NCBI GenBank assembly: GCA_047495785.1
Contig: JBLDXI010000019.1
Coordinates: 2,542,001 to 2,606,000 of the forward strand
Length of the DNA stretch: 64,000 nucleotides
Direction of reading: 5' to 3'
Source of the DNA: Lepidodermella squamata
Taxonomy: Eukaryota > Animalia > Gastrotricha
In this document: in pieces, positions 13,343 through 27,000 of the stretch
Numbering within the stretch: the stretch's first letter is position 1
Layout of the letters: each line of letters opens with the position of its first letter
Notes under the pieces: model-generated
Database searches by the model: none
What the model was told of the DNA's origin: nothing
The model's input: only the letters and a program-made list of their open reading frames with translations
Position numbers and translations under genes: made by a program

Positions 13343-16306
13343 TGCGATGAATGTTTGATGATGATGATGGTGTTAGTATTTTCAAATTTCGAACAAACGT
13401 GGTTTAGTCTCTTTCGATTAATTTTCCAATTTTATTATTATTTTCACCAGTAATCGCCCTTTTTATCGGATATTTGCTCAATTTTTTATAGTTATCGCGA
13501 AGAAAAATCGGTCGCAGTGCAACATTTTTGCGTGGTAGATTGCGGTTCTATTTTCGCCTTTTTGCGTGTGTTAACTATATTATTTCGAAAACGCGCAAAA
13601 AGGACGCGTCTCTGCGTGAAAAATTGTGCCTAGATTTTTCGCTAGATTTCTTTTACGCATCATCCAATTATCGAATTCCTTTATTGTTGTATGTTTACCT
13701 CAGCATTGTTGGCTCAATTTTTGCGGTTTCATTTCTCAATAATTATCATCATTTTGCTCAATACTGGCTTGGATGTTGGAGCTCATAGCCAATGTCGCTG
13801 ATTCATGCTCTTTTCACCATCTCTGCACTCGATTATATACTGAATTCCAATCCATTTCTTGTTACCCGGGTCATTCAATAAACCAAACTTTTTGTAATTC
13901 AGTCTTCAATTTTTCGGTCTATAGCATGCTGCTTGTCCAAGTCTCGAATGTTCCAGACGGCGCGAGAAATGAAAGCAGTTGAAACCGCATGAAAGAGTGA
14001 GAATTCATAGTGAAAATTTGAAAAGGAAAGGTGGCGGAGCATCAATCCAGCGTGGTATTTTCCCAGATTTTCAAATCCATAAGTCGCGAGTCAGTAATTT
14101 AATCGAAAATGTCCGAAATTAGGTTAAAATAGCATTTCACGAAAATTCTCGAAAACAGTTCCATATGTTGCGCAACTAAGCGTTGAGCAGAACTTTTTCT
14201 CGAACAATTCAGAAATTTCTTTGAATGAAACAAGCAAAGTGCATTTTCCGTTAATTATCCGCGATTTCACCGAAGGTTTAACTGATGGTGAAAACCCGGA
14301 AAAACCCAATGTTACCCAGTTCGGTAAGTATCGGTTATTTACCTTGTAGGAATATTTCCCTTGACTTTTGAACTTCTGTTAACAAGTTTATATTCTGATA
14401 AGAATTTTCATGACATTTCGCACAGACTTTCTTTTAGCGGAACCAAATCTGCATATTGCGGAAGCCTAAGGTCGCTTTTCGAATATTTCAATGAAATTAA
14501 GGCAATGTATGAATTCTATGGCGAAGAATGCGTTTTATACAGAATTTTACGCTAAATTTAATTATGAGTTATTTAAAATTATGCCGATCAATCATGACAT
14601 TATTTGAAAAATTCGAAAAGTGGCTTTAGGCCCATTGAAAATTCCAAAACTATTTGGTTCTGCTAAAAGTAAGACCCCATTACTTCTATAATATTCCTTT
14701 AGTTCCTTTACCATATGCATTATTTCCTTTGGTTTCTTTAGTTGGGTATGGGATATCCTGAAGTATTGGCGAATTCCATTGCTACGTCAAATTTGACTTT
14801 CAATTTTATCTACCTTGATACGTAAATATTTTAGGCCAAGTGATAGACTGAATTTTAAAAAATTATTCAGAAAATCACGAAGTTTAGACTTCCGATTGAT
14901 GATTTTATAGGATGATTATTGTCCCAATTTCGGTGCACAATGTTCGTTCATTTTTCCAAAAATATTTGTGTTTTCAGGAGAGGACCCTTTACTTTTCTGA
15001 ATACGTAAGTTTCCCGATGATCGATTGCTAGAAAATCGAGCATCCAGGGGCCCGGTTCGGCATTCAAGATCGTGTTTTTTCCTCTTCGCTCACCTCCTTG
15101 AAAAATCCGAGGCGCACTCGGCGACAGCCATCTCAGACAACATTAAAAACTACTGCTCTCAACTATACAGACAGGCGCGTATAAACAAGTTGTTTTTCGC
15201 GGGCATAATCGTCGCAGAAAGTCCAGAGCAAACAATATATAGGTAGGTATGATGGCTAGGTAGTGAAGCGGGGACTTTTTCGCATTCATTTCACCCGACC
15301 GCCGCGCCGCGTCGCGTTTTGCGGACACTGGCGGCTATGTATTTATTACAATTATTATTATATTAAAAACCCGATGATGTAGCGCACATGCTATATCGCT
15401 TCATGCGCAGTGGTTAATGATTATGTTTATTATTGCTATTGTTTTTGTTATTATTTACACCGCCACAGTCGCATCTAGGTAGTTTAGGCATTAGGATTTC
15501 ACCGGAAGTTTGACAGGCAGCGATTCAGGTATTAGGCAAATGATGCAGTTTTAGCCTCAATATCATCAGAACCTGAAACCAAATTTTACAATTTCTGTCA
15601 GTGAAATTTCTGGAATCTTTTAGAATTTTCAAGATAATTCGGGTATAATTCGATACTATATTCGATCATTGAATTTTGCGACGCCTTTGAACATGCAAAT
15701 GAGCGCTCAAAATTGGCCGCTAATTTTTTAAGGCAGGCATACGCGTTTTAAATTGCCAAAAATTGGGTGAAAATTTAAAAAATTCTTAAAAATTACAGAA
15801 AATCTGGAATTCTCATTCTCACGTTTGGTGGAAGTTACGGATTTTTTCCAGCAAAAATTGATTATTTAACCTTCAATAATTTTTTCGCTCAAAATTGCGC
15901 CATACCACAAAGAATCCTCGCCCAAAATACCTTTATTATTTCCTATCGCTGAAGTAAAAAAAACTGAATAGCTGAGTCCATTTTAAGGCGTAAACCTTCC
16001 TAGGTCAAAACGCGCAATGACCTTGTTTACGACCTAAAGTGGCGAGACACAAAATGGCGCCACAATTCACTGCGGTAAATTGCGTGAATTGCAACCACGT
16101 GGTCAAAATGGTGTCACAATGGGATTTATTTATGGACACAATATTTTGACAATCATGAAAAAATGATTCACGATCAATGCGAAAAATCCAGCTTTTTAAT
16201 TAATCAGAAATTCTCAAAAATGCTCAATAATTTTTGAAAATTGAATGATTTTCCCTTCAATTTTCTGTTTTTTAGTGTTTAATTTAATTGAGCCTAAACA
16301 ACAGCC

Positions 16307-19300
16307 ATGACAACGGTAGCCGATGCTATGTTGGCTCTGTTGATCATCGGATTCGTCATCGGCTTCCTGCTCGCCTTCAGCATGGGCGCCAATGATGTAT
16401 CAAATGCGTTCGGAACTTCCTACGGCTCTCGGGTGCTCACCTTCACGCAAGTCTGCATTTTAGCGTCCATTTTCGAAACTCTCGGCTCCGTCCTACTCGG
16501 CGGCCGAGTTTCCGACACGATCGCTAAGGGCATCGCCGATCTGGATTTATTCAAAGATTCAGTTTACGAACTCATGTACGGCTATTTATCAGCCCTGGTC
16601 GGCGCTTCAGGGTGGCTGTTAATCGCTACGATTTTTAAACTGCCGGTATCTGGCACGCATTCGATAGTTGGCGCCGTGATTGGTTTTACGATGGTCGTCC
16701 ATGGCCCGAGCGGGGTCGAATGGATCACCCTGGTCAAGGTCATTGCGTCCTGGTTTTCGTCGCCTCTCCTCGCAGGTGGCATGTCTAGCATGCTATTTGT
16801 TGCCGTCAAATTTTTGGTGCTAGAGAAAGAACGGCCATTAGGTAAGGAATTTCAGAATAATTCAAAATTTTATTGCAAAAACTATATTGATTTTCATAGT
16901 TGTTGATCAATTTAATAATTTATTTGGATTTTTAATTCATTATGAAAACGTGTTAAATTTCGTAACCAGAAGTAAATTTGGACAAACTCATGTTTTGGAG
17001 GCTAAAAATCCGTCATCGCTCAACAATTTCAGAACCTTTAATTTAAAGGTTCCTGATTTCGGCAAGCTTTGAGATATTGACCCGTTGTGGCAATTTGCAA
17101 CGTGTTTGTAACCGTGGAAAATTATCGCCCGATTGAGGACGCCCAATTTTTGAGTTTCATTTATACCGGAAAATTACTCGATTTTTTACCTGATTTTTAA
17201 TAGACTTTCAGGTAGATGCCACCTTAATTAACACGATGCCTGATTTTTTATTTGATTTCAGAATTTGATTTAGGAATATTCGATCATTAAAATGATCAAT
17301 GATATTAGGAGGATTCCGTAGTGACACCCCAAGCAGCACTGCTAGCTAGATTTTCTGAAATTAGATTTTTTCTTCCATAATTGTCTCTAATTTAATGTCA
17401 GATGAATGCTGATGGGACGGATAATTTGTACGAAAAATCCCATATTTCTTCCTCTCAACACGAAAAATGTAATCACTTACAAAGCCTGAAGTGTCCAACG
17501 CTCCTATCCTTGATTACCCCGCGGGGTGTGACTTTGATCCGACCAATGTCTTATTTCATCCGACAACCAAAAAAGTGACTAAAATCATCCGACATGAAAA
17601 TATCGTTTTCTCGATTTCTCGGAGTTCGATTTTTCCGTTGGGGCATACCCCTTTTATTCACCCTATATTGGCCCCTGAACCGGCAGAATTTTATGGTGAA
17701 AGATTTATGGCGATCCGAGTAGTCACTTTTTTACTGTAATTTTTTTGAATATATGAAAAAGCAAGTCGGCAGGTTTTAGTCACATTTTTGGTTGTCGGAT
17801 GAAATAAGACATTGGTCGGATAAAAAGAGACATTTGTCGGATGAAAAAAGTTTTCCCCTTTATTCGGTTGTTTAATTCGTTAGGGTTAGGTTAGGGTTAG
17901 AGGCTGGGTCTGAAAATTGGCGACATGGAACTGATTGGAATAATTTGGTACAGAGTTCAATGATGTTTGATTCTGAATTCAATAATTTGGTAATGAATTT
18001 ATTTTATCTCTTTTTGAAAAAAATCTGAAAATCCAGAATCCAAAAACTTTAGATCAATCTAAATTGCTGTGGTCTACTTTTTCAGATGCTGGTTGTAAAT
18101 TGCTACCTGTAATGTACGGCGTAACGTTCGCCGTAATTTCTTTCATGATCATCGACGAATCCACGAACTTATTCGGTGCCACAACTGATTTCCCAATTTG
18201 GGCCGTAGTCTTAGCCTCAATTGGCCTCGGCTTCCTATGCTGGCTCATCACTTTCATCGTTGTAATGCCAATTTTGAGGGCGAAAATTGAGAAGAGGCTC
18301 GAAGAGACAAGGCAACGAGAACTTGGCGTTTCCAATCCGGATTTCGACTCAGCGAGGTCGATCCCAATACCTGGCCAGACACCTCCAGTCACCCAACGGG
18401 TCAAAGTAATAAAATACTTAAAAAAATCGGGATTTTTCAATTTTTTCCCTATTCAGGTTTGGATTCAGAAAAATTCGGCTTTGATACGGAAAAATTTGTC
18501 AACGATGAGTTTATGGAGCCAAAATAACAGTACTACAAAAGCGGCTATTAATAACCCCCCGCCTATCGGAACTCTACCCGCGGTTACCGCTGATATCGAA
18601 GGCCAACATCCTCACCCGGTATATCTCGAGGCCTACATATCAGCCGATAATCTATCAATAGCCGATTCGATGACCCTGAGTGACCTTCCAACGACTTCAT
18701 CCGGCTCAACTCGGGCCGTTTCCATCGAGCCTGGCCAGATTTCGGGTATTTACCTGATAGATACGGGTTCCGCGCTGGTACCCGTTGCGCCGCTTGCAGT
18801 TCACGATGATGAGACGCAGACGCCTGATGGCGATGTTAACCAGCCAGCTCCGACGCCTGAGTTGGCGGTCGACGTGGTTGAGTCGCCGGAAATTCGCCAT
18901 TTGTTTTCTTTCATTCAAGTCATTACGGCAACTTTCGCTAGTTTCAGCCATGGCGCTAACGATGTGAGGTAAGGAAAGCCATGATACCATAGCAATTCCA
19001 ATTTTATCCCAGTCGTTAAGAATCACTCATCCCTATAATAGTAGCCTAGGGTTGAGGGGCAAGTCGGTTTGAATACGTAGAAAAAATGAACGATTCACAA
19101 AAAATTAATTTAATAATTTCTCAAAATTTTGAGGTTGACATTTTAGTATCGGAACCCATACAATATACGCATACACATTTTTATATAAGTATATTGCTGA
19201 AATCGAATAAAAATTTCTCATTTCTGAGTGGGCATTTCCAAATTATGGCCATTTTTCGCTGAAAGGTTTTGCTGCAACATTTTTATTATTTTCCGAGAGA

Positions 19301-20373
19301 GACATGTGTCGGATTTTTTCGCTCAATGATTTCGAAAGCGACGGCCGTAAAGTAGGACTCAAATTTTTGGAGACCTTCGAAAAATTAAGCTTTATGCTTA
19401 TATAGCTTTATATAGCTTTATTAAAGTTTTCGACAGTTGAGAGTCGGGTTCGAATTTTGGCGGTAATTAACTTGCTCCTAATCAGTGCTCGAAACGAATT
19501 CTGTATGATTATTGGGGCCAAAAATTTGTGGATTTCAGTTAAGGTATAATTCTACGAAATTTTACGAAAAAACAACAATGCCATCGCTTCAACTATCTAT
19601 AAAGTTTTTTTATGTGAAAACTGAAAACTTAACTTGGAATTATGAAATTTGGCTCCGCAAAATGGCATAGTTTGTCTCTATTCGTTCTGATCTGAAGGTT
19701 CCGATCACGCGTAAGATTATGGGAAACTATGGGAAAGGGATATTCCAGTTTATTTTTTTGACTATTTTTTGTTTGTTATTTCTCCGGCAACAAACATAAT
19801 AAAAATCTTTTTCTTTCCAGTAATGCTGTCGGCCCAATAATAGGAATGTATCAAATCTACCGAACCAACGATATCTCATCAGAATCCAGAGCGGAATGGT
19901 AACCTGCCAAAAATATTCATTTTCCTATTTATATAAGACATTCAATTTTGCTCAGGTGGATATTGCTATTCGGCGGTGTCGCTATTTCTGTCGGTCTGTG
20001 GTCATTAGGCAAAAAGGTCATGTCAACAATAGGCGATGACCTCGCCTCAATTTCACCCGCCACCGGTTTCTGCATGGAACTCGGCACCGCGCTGACTGTC
20101 CTCATCGCGTCCCACATCGGTGTCCCAATTTCAACGACCCACTGCCTGGTCGGCTCTGTTATCTGCGTCAGCCTCGTCCGATCGCGAAAAGGCGTCGATT
20201 GGCGCATAGCGAGGAACATCGCCTTCTCATGGCTGGTCACGGTTCCGGCTGCGGGGTTAATTAGCGCCGGCTGCATGGCGGCATTACGCGCGATTTTCGA
20301 CGCGAATAAAACCTTTCAATATTGGGACTTTTTCTACCCGACTACGACAATGAGTAACAACGCAACTGGATGA
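16307..20373 (+). CDS. SLC20: SLC20/PiT paralogue 2. Exons 16307-16841, 18086-18405, 18457-18968, 19821-19898, 19956-20373
   Basis: [30 protein letters not shown]|[18 protein letters not shown]; GT-AG introns in phase. The 18406-18456 intron is inferred from its composition. Confidence 0.93.
17537..17821. mobile_element. Inverted-repeat (MITE-like) element in intron 1 of PiT paralogue 2
   Basis: 48-bp arms 17537-17584 and 17774-17821 are reverse complements with about 1 mismatch; internal ATCCGAC sub-repeats. No clear TSD identified. Confidence 0.6.
17880..17900 (+). repeat. Short telomere-like TTAGGG/TTAGG tract
   Basis: ttagggttaggttagggttag, about 60 bp downstream of the inverted-repeat element. 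Confidence 0.5.
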
Positions 20374-21534
20374 AAAAAATGAAATTCCGCGAAATTCCTC
20401 TACCTCACGTTTCATTATTTCTAAACGCAATCTAAATCTCGAGTATTGTATCGTATAGAAATTACGGAAAATATTATATTATAACACCTGTGTAAAACAA
20501 AATTTTACTAGTTGTTGCCAAGATATAGTTGTTACGATTGTGAACGAGTTGTAAAATTTGGTGACTGGAACCGGAAGATGAGCTTTTTATGATGATGATG
20601 AATCAAGGGCAATAATGCTATATTACTACCGCGCCTAGCTGCGAATAACTTCCGGTGCAGTGAATTTTTAAAATAAAAAACAGAGCTGTGTTTTGTTTTG
20701 TAAAAATTTAGCGGTCTTTTTTGTCAACTTATTTACGTTGGTCCTGTTCCATTTAACAGTTTTAGGTTTTTATAGTTCTCCCGTAATGTTTAAAAAAATC
20801 TCGATTCTGTAGGATTTTCAGAGACAGTAATAATACTAGGTTAAAATTTCGAAAAATCATCATGGTCTTCCAAAGTAAAAAAATCAGCTTTTTTGCCGAA
20901 GAATTATTAAACTTGAAGAAGGCGAGGGCGATATTTTTTCTGATTGTGGGAAATTTTCCAAATTTTCCGTTATTATTTTGCTATTTACCAGATTTTTGCC
21001 AACAACTTTCAAAAATCAGCAGCGGATTTTAAGATTTGCCCTCAAAATTTAGGTCAAATTTTGAAACAAATTCTTTTTATTGGCTATTGGCATTTCCATA
21101 CACTCCTAACTTACCCGATAGGGCTTGATCCGGAAAATCGAATTTGCTCCAATAGCTTGATTTGCAACGAAAACTGATGCTACTGAGAATTTTTCAAGAA
21201 ATCTCGTGTGTTTGATCCCCGAAAATAGAGTATCTTGGAAGCCAGAGTGTCCACGGTTACCGAAATTACTCATCTGTGGGTACGGTATTCCAAACACTCT
21301 TTCTGAGAGAATTTTAAAATTTGAGAAAATTGAAAGCAAATTGTTCTAATTTTTCAATGTTAATTTACAGTTTAACATCAAATCAAATTTTTTTTAATTG
21401 AATTGAAATAAGGTATACCTATCAGTCGCCTCTTGAGATTTCCAACTCATAATATTCACCCGGTGTATTATAGTATTATTTCTCATAAATTATCAGTAAT
21501 CTGTCGATGACAGTGATTTTTTTAACAATTTTGA

Positions 21535-23963
21535 ATGACCGAACTTGTGGACGATGCAATACTCGCGCTGCTTGTCATCGGCTTCTTCATCAGCTTCATC
21601 CTCGCCTTTAGCATGGGGGCTAATGACGTAGCCAACGCTTTCGGCACATCCTACGGCTCTCGCGTGCTCACCTTCGTCCAAGTCTGCATCTTAGCCACTA
21701 TTTTCGAAACTCTAGGCTCAGTCCTACTTGGCGGGCGAGTTTCCGACACCATCTCACGGGGCATAGCTAATATGGATTTGTATAAGGATGATGTAACCGA
21801 GCTTATGTACGGCTATTTATCGGCCCTCGTTGGCGCTTCAGGGTGGTTATTAATCGCGACAATTTTCAAACTACCAGTTTCTGGCACCCATTCGATTGTT
21901 GGAGCTGTTATAGGATTCACAATGGTGGCTCATGGTTCAAAAGGGGTCAAATGGATGACCTTAGTCAAGGTCAGGATTAGCTTACTTGAGCGCCCTAAAA
22001 ACTCTCAGACGTATTTTGAGCTATCGGCGGTCAGTTTAGAAGTAATAGCCGATATCGACTTCAAATATCGATTTGTCAAATAAGTGATTTTTCCGATATC
22101 GGCGTTATTGAACGATACAGGAATCAGTCTAAATTCCAAATTGGTTAAATGAGTGCCAGAACCCTTAAATTTAGCGCTGGAACCTCAATCTTGGTGGTAG
22201 AAATATCAAATTTCTAAATATTAAGAATTTTTGGAATTTCAAAAATCATCGAAAAATTATTTAAAAAATTATGAAAGCCAGAATTTTTTTAATTTTTAAT
22301 TTTTTCTGAATAATTCCAACTTTATTCAAATTGGTTTTAGGTTGTTTCGTCATGGTTCACTTCACCGCTACTCTCCGGCGCTATTTCCAGCATAATCTAC
22401 CTCAGCGTGAAGTTTCTCGTTCTCAGGCGACCGGATCCGATGGCAGCCGGGTCGAAATTGCTACCAGTCCTATACGGCCTCACATTTGCAATAATTTCGT
22501 TCATGGTCATCAATGAAGCAGTCAGCCATAGCCAGGCTGAGGGTGACCTGCCAATTTGGGTTGTTATTCTCATCTCAATTGGAATGGGGATTACTTGCTG
22601 GGTTGGAACATTTTTCATCCTGATGCCATGGATAACTCGGAAAATTGCTCGGCGTATCGAAGAGGAAGAGGCAAAAAAAGCGGCAATTAAAAGTCCGAAG
22701 CCGAAAAAATTCCGAAAACTGCGCGAAAATCCGAAGGTTGACGAAGCACTCAACCGTATCGAAAACAGCCCGGTTTTCAAGAAATTCGCCTCGTTAAATG
22801 ACGTGGATGAAAATCGAGCGGTGAATAAGAAGAAGAAACGCCAGGCTGTTAAACTCGACAACGCCGGTCCTCACGTTTTCACGATCAAGGAATACAACAG
22901 CCATTTACACTACGCCTCGATCGAGTCGGAATCTTCAGGCGATGAGTCGATCGAGACGACTTTTTCATCGGCGCCTGTTCCGTTTCCACACCCGGCTAGC
23001 GCATCGTCCCTCAAGGTGATGGATGAAGCCACACAACCGCCATGTCAAGATGAGGCTGCCGAGACGCCGCAAATTAAATACTTATTTTCGTTTATTCAAG
23101 TTGTTACAGCGACTTTTGCGAGTTTTAGCCATGGCGCGAATGATGTTAGTAACGCTGTAGGACCCTTGGTTGGGCAATGGCAAATCATGGAGACTCATAA
23201 TATTGAATATGGTCGCAAGCCGGAATGGTAAAAATTGAATAAAAAATTCCCTGCATTTTTCAACTGCAGCAAATGTTTTCAATTTTTGTCAACTTTTTAA
23301 ATATTTTTTTATTCTTTCAAATCTCAAATTTAAATATTAAAATTAAAATTTTGAATTTTGAAATTTTGTATTTGAACTCAATTTAAACTTGAAATTTTTT
23401 TCCGGAAGAATTTGAATCTCTGAAAAAAATTCCGATGAAATTTTCGCTTTTCATTTGAGAAAAATAGTCAAATCAATGCCTGAAAATTTTATTATTGCAG
23501 GTGGTTACTTTTGTTTGGAGGCCTTTCAATGTCTGTTGGTCTCTGGCTGTTAGGTAAACGAGTTATGCTAACAATTGGCGACGATTTAGCCTCAATTTCA
23601 CCCACCACCGGTTTTTGCATGGAACTCGGCGCCGCTCTTACTGTTTTAATCGCCTCCCATATCGGTGTCCCAATTTCGACGACCCACTGCCTAGTTGGTT
23701 CTGTTATCTGCGTTAGCCTCGTTCGAGACCGGAAGAGCGTCGATTGGCGAATAGTCCGAAATATTGGTTTTTCATGGATTGTAACCGTACCAGCTGCTGC
23801 GTTTATTTCCGCTGCGACAATGGCGGCTTTGGATGGAATTTTCGACGAGGCTGGGACTTTCACCGAGCTCCGCCTTAACCTGAAAAACCGAACTCTACTC
23901 TCTAATTCTACAGTGGTTCCAAGCTGGAACCTGACCACTACAACAATCAGTCCAGTTATTTGA
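21535..23963 (+). CDS. SLC20: SLC20/PiT paralogue 3. Exons 21535-21969, 22341-23227, 23501-23963
   Basis: [48 protein letters not shown]; GT-AG introns in phase. Confidence 0.94.
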
Positions 23964-24096
23964 CGTATTTCTTGATTTATTTGCTTTAATCCATCAAAAA
24001 CCCACAATTTTGAAGTTATTTTAAACGAATCTAGACCTCAAATAAATATCACGCGATTTCACAAAATAACACGACGGTATAATACTATACTCCCGA

Positions 24097-27000
24097 TCAC
24101 GTCTCATGACTCCGGTTACTCTTAGCGGAAGACAAGTTGCTGAAAACAACTTTCGACTTGAAGCGCTTCGAATTCACCGGGTTCTGAACGAGTTTCTTGA
24201 AGAAGCCTTTACTCGGTCTCTGCTGGTTGCTAATCGGCTGCAACCCGGGCCCATTCGCTGTGCTGTGAATCAGCGAAGTTATTTCGCCGGGTATCGACGG
24301 CATAGATGTCGCAGCTGGGACGGCCTGGCCGTGTTTCCACGTTTTAACAATGCGTTCAACCGGCTCGTCGCCATTGCTGCTTCGATTGCTATCCGGTGGC
24401 TCATTCGATTTGCTACTGCCCTTGTACCTTGAGTCTGGGTCATTTTTAGACGCAGGTTCTATGGAATGCTGCAAAACTGCGTAAAAGTAAAAAAGAGTTT
24501 TTCATAATTCGGTTAAATAGAATTCTCAAAGCTGAGTCGAATGATATATTACACGCTAATACTAATTCGCGCGCAAGAAAAACGCGCTATTTCAAGTGCG
24601 CGCGCGTGACCTAATTTAAATTAAGGAGGCGCGCATATTAATAAAATTTCGCGCACATACATTTTTTCGCGCACTTTTTGACCGGCCGTGTAATATATCA
24701 TTCGACTCCAAATTAAACTGCGATAAATACCTAAATGGAAGTCGCTCTTTTGCCGGCGCAACTTAGTGTTAGGCCTGATGTTAGCCTGGCTGTTGGAACG
24801 AGCGAGTCCATTTTGAGCATTATTACTATTGTTTGCCAGCGTCGACGAGGGTGGACTGACGTTGTTCAGCCGGGAATGCTTACGAGCAGCTTTGCAAATC
24901 GTCGGGAAGGACGACGGCTTGGAGACTAGGTCGTTTCTCACGGCTATTTCAATGAGACGCGATCGGTACAGCTCGTCGACTTTCATGAATTCCGGCACCC
25001 TAATTACGTTCAACCGAGCGATTCTACTGACCCGAGATACGTCTGAAAGCGCGATTTTGCCGCCGATCAACGTTCGGAAGTCGATGGCGTCGATCTGACG
25101 GAGAATTTCGACGGCGCCGGTGAAATAGCACTGGTCCTTCGCGTTTGCTGGGTACGTCCGCTGGCCGTATTTGTCGTGCTGATTGGCGCCTGGAGCTCGA
25201 CTCGGCACGGAAGTCGCTCTCATAGCGTATTTCCACCTTAAATCGGGCGACTGAACGTAATCAGCTAAATTCCGATACAGCTCATCGAAGCCCATTTTTG
25301 TTGCCATGCAAGCGGTGTCTAAAATATTTAAATTTCATATAAAAAATTCAAAAAATTGAAATAATTACAATATGATAGGGCGGGGAGGAATAGGTATTTT
25401 TCGTTAGCAGCTAACATTGAATGCAGTACGGCTAGGCCTGAAAATTGAAATGAATGAAAAAAATCCTCGAAAATTTGGAAAAGCAAACCTTCTTCAGTAT
25501 CGGCGAATTCTATCGAGTTGAGGGGTTTCAAATCAAATCGCTTCCTATTAGCTCCCCAAGCTTGGAGACTGTCGTTGAAAAATCGAATCTAAAAAATCGT
25601 AAAAAATGAAAAATAATTAATCTAAAATAATATTTCTTACATAATGGGTGAAGACTTCATGATTGATAAGGCAATAGATGCCCTGCTCGCGTAGATAAGG
25701 GTTATCTTCCGAATCCTTGATATACAACACGTATCGCCGATTTTCAGGCCGTCTCGAATGTCCCTTGGCGACCATCAACGCACTGCAAGCGAGTTTCTTC
25801 GACCAAATCACAGTTACAGCTCCGTCTAAATTGTTATCGTACAGGTACTTCAGCAACCGCTCCGTCGCCTCGACGTAGCTAATACGAGGTCCGTATGTTG
25901 CCTCGAGATACGCATCGCCTGAGCCGTAACGCTTGATGACCTGTTCGAGGATGTAACGGGCTTGGGGCAGGAGGTCGAATGACACGGTGCGACGCGATTT
26001 GTCACCTGGGTCGCCCTCGGTACCAATCGCCTCGCCGTCATCATCATCATCTTCGTACTCATCCTCCGACTCCATTTTGCCCTGAAATTACAAAAAACCA
26101 ATTACAAAACCAGTCGAAAGATGGAAATAATGAAAAATCTTGATTTTCCAACTTCAAATTTTAGGTTCCAGCATACAATTTGAACCTTCAGAACTAGATT
26201 TTCCCGGAGCATGGTTTTTGGAGTTTCACGTATTCTCTTCAAATTTGGATGAAAAAGGCTAGAAGGATGAGCTTGAATGTTATTCAAATTTCCAAATTTG
26301 GTCTAATTTGAGGGTTCCAGCGCTAAATTTGGGACATTTCATGGCATGCTAGTTAGTTGAATTCCAAGGTTCAAGATTGCAAGAAATCGAAACACAATTC
26401 TAAAATTCAGCGCTAGACCCTTAATTTTAATGGTGGTCCAAATTTTATGAAAAAAATTGAAAATTTTAATAAGAAAAAAGAAATTTCAGATTCGATTAAA
26501 AAACTAAATTTCCAACAATTTTTTGCACCTTTTTCGAACTTTTTTCAAAATTAGTTGGGGTTTGGGGTTAAAATAAAAAATTCACTTTAATTTCAAATTT
26601 GTGAATTGTTTACCTTGGCCATGTAATTGTCTCGCATGCGTTCAACATCCTGAAACTCGCTCATACGTCCGCCGAAGTTGCTTTACTAGCACTCTTCGAT
26701 TATTCGGTGCATGGAAAGGCTTTTCGACATATTTTTAACCGTTTGGCTGCAGGATAAATTGTAGAATTTATCGGCAAATGGAGACTACTTATAAACTTGG
26801 AAAAATATTACAGCCGTTTCTTTTTCCGAGGTTAAACATTTGCACCGCCATAAAAGAGGTTCCGCCCATAAATTTCCCTGACTTTTTCCGAATTTCTGCG
26901 ATTTCGATGGTACCGATTTACCCTAGCATTAGTTGAGCTAGAATTTTCACACGTATCGATGGATAAAATTATTTAAAAATGCTAATCTTGGGAAATAATG

